Below, piece after piece: positions 49,630 through 61,530 of a stretch of 64,000 nucleotides of DNA. Origin of the DNA: Eledone cirrhosa (lineage: Eukaryota); the NCBI GenBank assembly GCA_964016885.1, contig OZ024756.1:42842001-42906000 (forward strand), read 5' to 3'. Positions within the stretch are counted from its first letter, which is position 1, and every line of letters starts with the position of its first letter. The notes under the pieces are model-generated. The model did not search any database, had not been told where the DNA came from, and saw only the letters and a program-made list of their open reading frames with translations. The position numbers and the translations under genes were made by a program.

Positions 49630-52600
49630 AGACAGACATTGGACACACACATTAGGGACAGACATTGGAGACACACTAGATACAGACATTGGACACACAC
49701 TAGAGACAGACATTGGACACACACTAGAGACAGACATTGGACACACACCAGAGACAGACATTGGACACACACTAGAGACAGACATTGGAGACACACTAGA
49801 GACAGACATTGGACACACACTAGAGACAGACATTGGACACACACTAGAGACAGACATTGGACACACACTAGAGACAGACATTGGACACACACTAGAGACA
49901 GACATCGGACACGCACCAGAGACAGACATTGGACACAAACAAGAGTCAGACATTGGACACACACTAGAGACAGACATTGGACACACACTAGAGACAGACA
50001 TTGGACACACACCAAAGACAGACATTAGACACACACAAGAGACAGACATTGTACACACTAGAGACAGACATTGGACACACACTAGAGACAGAAATTGGAC
50101 ACACTAGAGACAGACATTGGACACACTAGAGACAGACATTGGTCACACACTAGAGACAGACATTGGACACACACTAGAGACAGACATTAGACACACACTA
50201 GAGACAGACATTGGACACACACTAGAGACAGACATTGGACACACACTAGAGACAGACATTGGACACACAGTAGAGACAGACGTTGGACACACATTAGAGA
50301 CAGACATTGGACACACACTAGAGACAGACATTGGACACACACTAGAGACAGACATTGGACACTCTAGAGACAGACATTGGACACAGTAGTGACAGACATT
50401 GGACATACACACTAGTGACAGACATTGGATACACACTAGAGACAGACATTGGACACACACCAGAGACAGACATTGGACACACACCAGAGACAGACATTGG
50501 ACACACACTAGAGACAGACATTAGACACACACTAGAGACAGACATTGGACACACACCAGAGACAGACATTGGACACACACTAGAGACAGACATTGGACAC
50601 ACACTAGAGACAGACATTGGACACACACCAGAGACAGACATTGGACACACACTAGAGACAGACATTGGACACACACTAGAGACAGACATTGGACACACAG
50701 TAGAGATAGACATTGGACACACAGAAGAGACAGACATTGGACACACACTAGAGACAGACATTGGACACACACTAGAGACAGACATTGGACACACTAGAGA
50801 CAGACATTGGATACACACTAGAGACAGACATTGGACACACTAGAGACAGACATTGGGCACACACTAGAGACTGACATTGGACACACACTAGAGACAGACA
50901 TTGGAGACACTAGAGACAGACATTGGAGACACTAGAGACAGACATTGGACACACACACTAGTGACAGACATTGGACACACACTAGAGACAGACATTGGAC
51001 ACACACTAGAGACAGACATTGGATACACACTAAAGACAGACATTGGACACACTAGAGACAGACATTGGGCACACACTAGAGACTGACATTGGACACACAC
51101 TAGAGACAGACATTGGAGACACTAGAGACAGACATTGGACACACACACTAGTGACAGACATTGGACACACACTAGAGACAGACATTGAACACACAGTAAA
51201 GACAGACATTGGACACACACTAGAGTCAGACATTGGACACAAGCATTGGACAGACATTGGACACACACTAGAGACAGACATTGGATACACTCTAGAGACA
51301 GACATTGGACACACTAGAGACAGACATTGGGCACACACTACAGACTGACATTGGACACACACTAGAGACAGACATTGGAGACACTAGAGACAGACATTGG
51401 ACACACACACTGGTGACAGACATTGGACACACACTAGAGACAGACATTGGACACACACTAGAGACAGACATTGGATACACACTAGAGACAGACATTGGAC
51501 ACACTAGAGACAGACATTGGGCACACACTAGAGACTGACATTGGACACACACTAGAGACAGACATTGGAGACACTAGAGACAGACATTGGACACACACAC
51601 TAGTGACAGACATTGGACACACACTAGACAGACATTGAACACACAGTAAAGACAGACATTGGACACACACTAGAGACAGACTTTGGACACACTAGAGACA
51701 GACATTGGACACACACTAGAGACAGACATTGGACACACACTAGAGACAGATATTGGACACACATTAGAGACAGAGATTAGACACACACTAGAGACAGACA
51801 TTGGACACACACTAGAGACAGACATTGGACACACACTAGTGACAGACATTGGACACACACCAGAGTCAGATATTGGACACACACACTAGAGAAAGACATT
51901 GGATACACAACAGAGACAGACATTAGACACACACCAGAGACAGACATTGGACACACACTAGAGACAGACATTGGACACACACCAGAGACAGACATTTGAC
52001 ACACACTAGAGACAGACATTGGACACACACTAGAGACAGACATTGGACACACACTAGAGACAGACAATGGACACACACTAGAGAAAAACATTTGACACAC
52101 ACTAGAGACAGACATTGGACACACACACTAGAGACAGACATTGGACACACACTAGAGACAGACATTGGACACACAGTAGAGACAGACATTGGACACACAC
52201 ACTCGAGACAGACATTAGACACACACTAGCGACAGACATTGGACACACACCAAAGACAGACATTGGAGACACACTAGATACAGACATTGGACACACACTA
52301 GAGACAGACATTGGACACACACCAGAGACAGATATTGGACACACACTAGAAACAGACATTGGAGACACACTAGAGACAGACATTGGACACACACTAGAGA
52401 CAGACATTTGACACACATTAGAGACAGAGATTGGATACATACTAGAGACAGACATTGGACACACACTAGAGACAGACATCGGACACACACCAGAGACAGA
52501 CATTGGACACAAACCAGAGACAGACATTGGACACACACTAGAGACAGACATTGGACACACACCAAATACAGACATTGGACACACACAAGAGACAGACATT

Positions 52601-55600
52601 GGACACACACTAGAGACAGACATTGGACACACACTAGAGACAGACATTGGACACACTAGAGACAGACATTGGACACACTAGAGACAGACATTGGTCACAC
52701 ACTAGAGACAGACATTGGACACACACTAGAGACAGACATTAGACACACACTAGAGACAGACATTAGACACACACTAGAGACAGACATTGGACACACATTA
52801 GAGACAGACGTTGGACACACATTAGAGACAGACATTGGACACACACTAGAGACAGACATTGAACACACACTAGAGAAAGACATTGGACACACTAGAGACA
52901 GACATTGGACACACTAGTGACAGACATTGGACATACACACTAGTGACATACATTGGACACACACTAGAGACAGACATTGGACACACACCAGAGACAGACA
53001 TTGGACACACACCAGAGACAGACATTGGACACACACATTAGGGACAGACATTGGAGACACACTAGATACAGACATTGGACACACACTAGAGACAGACATT
53101 GGACACACACTAGAGACAGACATTGGACACACACCAGAGACAGACATTGGACACACACTAGAGACAGACATTGGAGACACACTAGAGACAGACATTGGAC
53201 ACACACTAGAGACAGACATTGGACACACACTAGAGACAGACATTGGACACACACTAGAGACAGACATTGGACACACACTAGAGACAGACATCGGACACGC
53301 ACCAGAGACAGACATTGGACACAAACAAGAGTCAGACATTGGACACACACTAGAGACAGACATTGGACACACACTAGAGACAGACATTGGACACACACCA
53401 AAGACAGACATTGGACACACACAAGAGACAGACATTGTACACACTAGAGACAGACATTGGACACACACTAGAGACAGAAATTGGACACACTAGAGACAGA
53501 CATTGGACACACTAGAGACAGACATTGGTCACACACTAGAAACAGACATTGGACACACACTGGAGACAGACATTAGACACACACTAGAGACAGACATTGG
53601 ACACACACTAGAGACAGACATTGGACACACACTAGAGACAGACATTGGACACACATTAGAGACAGACGTTGGACCAACATTAGAGACAGACATTGGACAC
53701 ACACTAGAGACAGACATTGGACACACACTAGAGACAGACATTGGACACTCTAGAGACAGACATTGGACTCAGTAGTGACAGACATTGGACATACACACTA
53801 GTGACAGACATTGGATACACACTAGAGACAGACATTGGACACACACCAGAGACAGACATTGGACACACACCAGAGACAGACATTGGACACACACTAGAGA
53901 CAGACATTAGACACACACTAGAGACAGACATTGGACACACACCAGAGACAGACATTGGACACACTAGAGACAGACATTGGAGACACACTAGAGACAGACA
54001 TTGGACACACACCAGAGACAGACATTGGACACACACTAGAGACAGACATTGGACACACACTAGAGACAGACATTGGACACACAGTAGAGATAGACATTGG
54101 ACACACAGAAGAGACAGACATTGGACACACACTAGAGACAGACATTGGACACACACTAGAGACAGACATTGGACACACTAGAGACAGACATTGGATACAC
54201 ACTAGAGACAGACATTGGACACACTAGAGACAGACATTGGGCACACACTAGAGACTGACATTGGACACACACTAGAGACAGACATTGGAGACACTAGAGA
54301 CAGACATTGGAGACACTAGAGACAGACATTGGACACACACACTAGTGACAGACATTGGACACACACTAGAGACAGACATTGGACACACACTAGAGACAGA
54401 CATTGGATACACACTAGAGACAGACATTGGACACACTAGAGACAGACATTGGGCACACACTAGAGACTGACATTGGACACACACTAGAGACAGACATTGG
54501 AGACACTAGAGACAGACATTGGACACACACACTAGTGACAGACATTGGACACACACTAGAGACAGACATTGAACACACAGTAAAGACAGACATTGGACAC
54601 ACACTAGAGTCAGACATTGGACACACACATTAGGGACAGACATTGGACACACACTAGAGACAGACATTGGATACACTCTAGAGACAGACATTGGACACAC
54701 TAGAGACAGACATTGGGCACACACTACAGACTGACATTGGACACACACTAGAGACAGACATTGGAGACACTAGAGACAGACATTGGACACACACACTAGT
54801 GACAGACATTGGACACACACTAGAGACAGACATTGGACACACACTAGAGACAGACATTGGTTACACACTAGAGACAGACATTGGACACACTAGAGACAGA
54901 CATTGGGCACACACTAGAGACTGACATTGGACACACACTAGAGACAGACATTGGAGACACTAGAGACAGACATTGGACACACACACTAGTGACAGACATT
55001 GGACACTCACTAGACAGACATTGAACACACAGTAAAGACAGACATTGGACACACACTAGAGACAGACTTTGGACACACTAGAGACAGACATTGGACACAC
55101 ACTAGAGACAGACATTGGACACACACTAGAGACAGATATTGGACACACATTAGAGACAGAGATTAGACACACACTAGAGACAGACATTGGACACACACTA
55201 GAGACAGACATTGGACACACACTAGTGACAGACATTGGACACACACCAGAGTCAGATATTGGACACACACACTAGAGAAAGACATTGGATACTCAACAGA
55301 GACAGACATTAGACACACACCAGAGACAGACATTGGACACACACTAGAGACAGACATTGGACACACACCAGAGACAGACATTTGACACACACTAGAGACA
55401 GACATTGGACACACACTAGAGACAGACATTGGACACACACTAGAGACAGACAATGGACACACACTAGAGAAAAACATTTGACACACACTAGAGACAGACA
55501 TTGGACACACACACTAGAGACAGACATTGGACACACACTAGAGACAGACATTGGACACACAGTAGAGACAGACATTGGACACACACACTCGAGACAGACG

Positions 55601-56440
55601 TTAGACACACACTAGCGACAGACATTGGACACACACCAAAGACAGACATTGGAGACACACTAGATACAGACATTGGACACACACTAGAGACAGACATTGG
55701 ACACACACTAGAGACAGACATTGGACACACACCAGAGACAGATATTGGACACACACTAGAAACAGACATTGGAGACACACTAGAGACAGACATTGGACAC
55801 ACACTAGAGACAGACATTTGACACACATTAGAGACAGAGATTGGATACATACTAGAGACAGACATTGGACACACACTAGAGACAGACATCGGACACACAC
55901 CAGAGACAGACATTGGACACAAACCAGAGACAGACATTGGACACACACTAGAGACAGACATTGGACACACACTAGAGACAGACATTGGACACACACAAAA
56001 TACAGACATTGGACACACACAAGAGACAGACATTGGACACACACTAGAGACAGACATTGGACACACACTAGAGACAGACATTGGCCACACTAGAGACAGA
56101 CATTGGACACACTAGAGACAGACATTGGTCACACACTAGAGACAGACATTGGACACACACTAGAGACAGACATTAGACACACACTAGAGACAGACATTAG
56201 ACACACACTAGAGACAGACATTGGACACACACTAGAGACAGACATTGGACACACATTAGAGACAGACGTTGGACACACATTAGAGACAGACATTGGACAC
56301 ACACTAGAGACAGACATTGGACACACACTAGAGAAAGACACTGGACACACTAGTGACAGACATTGGACATACACACTAGTGACATACATTGGACACACAC
56401 TAGAGACAGACATTGGACACACACCAGAGACAGACATTGG
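49630..56440 (+). repeat. ~3.39-kb tandem unit, two copies
   Basis: ORF pairs 50117/53503, 51670/55056 and 52102/55488 are +3386, and 50888/54272 is +3384. Shared private variants include CAGAAGAG, TAGACAGAC, CTTTGG, CAATGG and CTCGAG. Confidence 0.85.
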
Positions 56441-59400
56441 ACACACACCAGAGACAGACATTGGACACACACTAGAGACAAACATTAGACACACACTAGA
56501 GACAGACATTGGACACACACCAGAGACAGACATTGGACACACACTAGAGACAGACATTGGACACACACTAGAGACAGACATTGGACACACACCAGAGACA
56601 GACATTGGACACAAACCAGAGACAGACATTGGACACACACTAGAGACAGACATTGGACACACACAAGAGACAGACATTGGACACACACTAGAGACAGACA
56701 TTGGACACACACTAGAGACAGACATTGGACACACTAGAGACAGACATTGGACACACTAGAGACAGACATTGGTCACACACTAGAGACAGACATTGGACAC
56801 ACACTAGAGACAGACATTAGACACACACTAGAGACAGACATTGGACACACACTAGAGACAGACATTGGACACACACTAGAGACAGACATTGGACACACAC
56901 TAGAGACAGACATTGGACACACACCAGAGACAGATATTGGACACACACTAGAAACAGACATTGGAGACACACTAGAGACAGACATTGGACACACACTAGA
57001 GACAGACATTTGACACACATTAGAGACAGAGATTGGATACATACTAGAGACAGACATTGGACACACACTAGAGACAGACATCGGACACACACCAGAGACA
57101 GACATTGGACACAAACCAGAGACAGACATTGGACACACACTAGAGACAGACATTGGACACACACCAAATACAGACATTGGACACACACAAGAGACAGACA
57201 TTGGACACACACTAGAGACAGACATTGGACACACACTAGAGACAGACATTGGACACACTAGAGACAGACATTGGACACACTAGAGACAGACATTGGTCAC
57301 ACACTAGAGACAGACATTGGACACACACTAGAGACAGACATTAGACACACACTAGAGACAGACATTAGACACACACTAGAGACAGACATTGGACACACAT
57401 TAGAGACAGACGTTGGACACACATTAGAGACAGACATTGGACACACACTAGAGACAGACATTGAACACACACTAGAGAAAGACATTGGACACACTAGAGA
57501 CAGACATTGGACACACTAGTGACAGACATTGGACATACACACTAGTGACATACATTGGACACACACTAGAGACAGACATTGGACACACACCAGAGACAGA
57601 CATTGGACACACACCAGAGACAGACATTGGACACACACATTAGGGACAGACATTGGAGACACACTAGATACAGACATTGGACACACACTAGAGACAGACA
57701 TTGGACACACACTAGAGACAGACATTGGACACACACCAGAGACAGACATTGGACACACACTAGAGACAGACATTGGAGACACACTAGAGACAGACATTGG
57801 ACACACACTAGAGACAGACATTGGACACACACTAGAGACAGACATTGGACACACACTAGAGACAGACATTGGACACACACTAGAGACAGACATCGGACAC
57901 GCACCAGAGACAGACATTGGACACAAACAAGAGTCAGACATTGGACACACACTAGAGACAGACATTGGACACACACTAGAGACAGACATTGGACACACAC
58001 CAAAGACAGACATTGGACACACACAAGAGACAGACATTGTACACACTAGAGACAGACATTGGACACACACTAGAGACAGAAATTGGACACACTAGAGACA
58101 GACATTGGACACACTAGAGACAGACATTGGTCACACACTAGAAACAGACATTGGACACACACTGGAGACAGACATTAGACACACACTAGAGACAGACATT
58201 GGACACACACTAGAGACAGACATTGGACACACACTAGAGACAGACATTGGACACACATTAGAGACAGACGTTGGACACACATTAGAGACAGACATTGGAC
58301 ACACACTAGAGACAGACATTGGACACACACTAGAGACAGACATTGGACACTCTAGAGACAGACATTGGACTCAGTAGTGACAGACATTGGACATACACAC
58401 TAGTGACAGACATTGGATACACACTAGAGACAGACATTGGACACACACCAGAGACAGACATTGGACACACACCAGAGACAGACATTGGACACACACTAGA
58501 GACAGACATTAGACACACACTAGAGACAGACATTGGACACACACCAGAGACAGACATTGGACACACTAGAGACAGACATTGGAGACACACTAGAGACAGA
58601 CATTGGACACACACCAGAGACAGACATTGGACACACACTAGAGACAGACATTGGACACACACTAGAGACAGACATTGGACACACAGTAGAGATAGACATT
58701 GGACACACAGAAGAGACAGACATTGGACACACACTAGAGACAGACATTGGACACACACTAGAGACAGACATTGGACACACTAGAGACAGACATTGGATAC
58801 ACACTAGAGACAGACATTGGACACACTAGAGACAGACATTGGGCACACACTAGAGACTGACATTGGACACACACTAGAGACAGACATTGGAGACACTAGA
58901 GACAGACATTGGAGACACTAGAGACAGACATTGGACACACACACTAGTGACAGACATTGGACACACACTAGAGACAGACATTGGACACACACTAGAGACA
59001 GACATTGGATACACACTAGAGACAGACATTGGACACACTAGAGACAGACATTGGGCACACACTAGAGACTGACATTGGACACACACTAGAGACAGACATT
59101 GGAGACACTAGAGACAGACATTGGACACACACACTAGTGACAGACATTGGACACACACTAGAGACAGACATTGAACACACAGTAAAGACAGACATTGGAC
59201 ACACACTAGAGTCAGACATTGGACACACACATTAGGGACAGACATTGGACACACACTAGAGACAGACATTGGATACACTCTAGAGACAGACATTGGACAC
59301 ACTAGAGACAGACATTGGGCACACACTACAGACTGACATTGGACACACACTAGAGACAGACATTGGAGACACTAGAGACAGACATTGGACACACACACTA

Positions 59401-61530
59401 GTGACAGACATTGGACACACACTAGAGACAGACATTGGACACACACTAGAGACAGACATTGGTTACACACTAGAGACAGACATTGGACACACTAGAGACA
59501 GACATTGGGCACACACTAGAGACTGACATTGGACACACACTAGAGACAGACATTGGAGACACTAGAGACAGACATTGGACACACACACTAGTGACAGACA
59601 TTGGACACTCACTAGACAGACATTGAACACACAGTAAAGACAGACATTGGACACACACTAGAGACAGACTTTGGACACACTAGAGACAGACATTGGACAC
59701 ACACTAGAGACAGACATTGGACACACACTAGAGACAGATATTGGACACACATTAGAGACAGAGATTAGACACACACTAGAGACAGACATTGGACACACAC
59801 TAGAGACAGACATTGGACACACACTAGTGACAGACATTGGACACACACCAGAGTCAGATATTGGACACACACACTAGAGAAAGACATTGGATACTCAACA
59901 GAGACAGACATTAGACACACACCAGAGACAGACATTGGACACACACTAGAGACAGACATTGGACACACACCAGAGACAGACATTTGACACACACTAGAGA
60001 CAGACATTGGACACACACTAGAGACAGACATTGGACACACACTAGAGACAGACAATGGACACACACTAGAGAAAAACATTTGACACACACTAGAGACAGA
60101 CATTGGACACACACACTAGAGACAGACATTGGACACACACTAGAGACAGACATTGGACACACAGTAGAGACAGACATTGGACACACACACTCGAGACAGA
60201 CGTTAGACACACACTAGCGACAGACATTGGACACACACCAAAGACAGACATTGGAGACACACTAGATACAGACATTGGACACACACTAGAGACAGACATT
60301 GGACACACACTAGAGACAGACATTGGACACACACCAGAGACAGATATTGGACACACACTAGAAACAGACATTGGAGACACACTAGAGACAGACATTGGAC
60401 ACACACTAGAGACAGACATTTGACACACATTAGAGACAGAGATTGGATACATACTAGAGACAGACATTGGACACACACTAGAGACAGACATCGGACACAC
60501 ACCAGAGACAGACATTGGACACAAACCAGAGACAGACATTGGACACACACTAGAGACAGACATTGGACACACACTAGAGACAGACATTGGACACACACAA
60601 AATACAGACATTGGACACACACAAGAGACAGACATTGGACACACACTAGAGACAGACATTGGACACACACTAGAGACAGACATTGGACACACTAGAGACA
60701 GACATTGGACACACTAGAGACAGACATTGGTCACACACTAGAGACAGACATTGGACACACACTAGAGACAGACATTAGACACACACTAGAGACAGACATT
60801 AGACACACACTAGAGACAGACATTGGACACACACTAGAGACAGACATTGGACACACATTAGAGACAGACGTTGGACACACATTAGAGACAGACATTGGAC
60901 ACACACTAGAGACAGACATTGGACACACACTAGAGAAAGACACTGGACACACTAGAGACAGACATTGGACACACTAGTGACAGACATTGGACATACACAC
61001 TAGTGACATACATTGGACACACACTAGAGACAGACATTGGACACACACCAGAGACAGACATTGGACACACACCAGAGACAGACATTGGACACACACTAGA
61101 GACAAACATTAGACACACACTAGAGACAGACATTGGACACACACCAGAGACAGACATTGGACACACACTAGAGACAGACATTGGACACACACTAGAGACA
61201 GACATTGGACACACACCAGAGACAGACATTGGACACAAACCAGAGACAGACATTGGACACACACTAGAGACAGACATTGGACACACACTAGAGACAGACA
61301 TTGGACACACACCAAAGACAGACATTGGACACACACAAGAGACAGACATTGGACACACACTAGAGACAGACATTGGACACACACTAGAGACAGACATTGG
61401 ACACACTAGAGACAGACATTGGACACACTAGAGACAGACATTGGTCACACACTAGAGACAGACATTGGACACACACTAGAGACAGACATTAGACACACAC
61501 TAGAGACAGACATTGGACACACACTAGAGA
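52310..61530 (+). repeat. 4602-bp near-identical tandem duplication (junction ~56910)
   Basis: ORF pairs 52408/57010, 52669/57271, 53503/58105, 54272/58874, 55056/59658, 55818/60420 and 56103/60705 are all exactly +4602. Confidence 0.9.
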
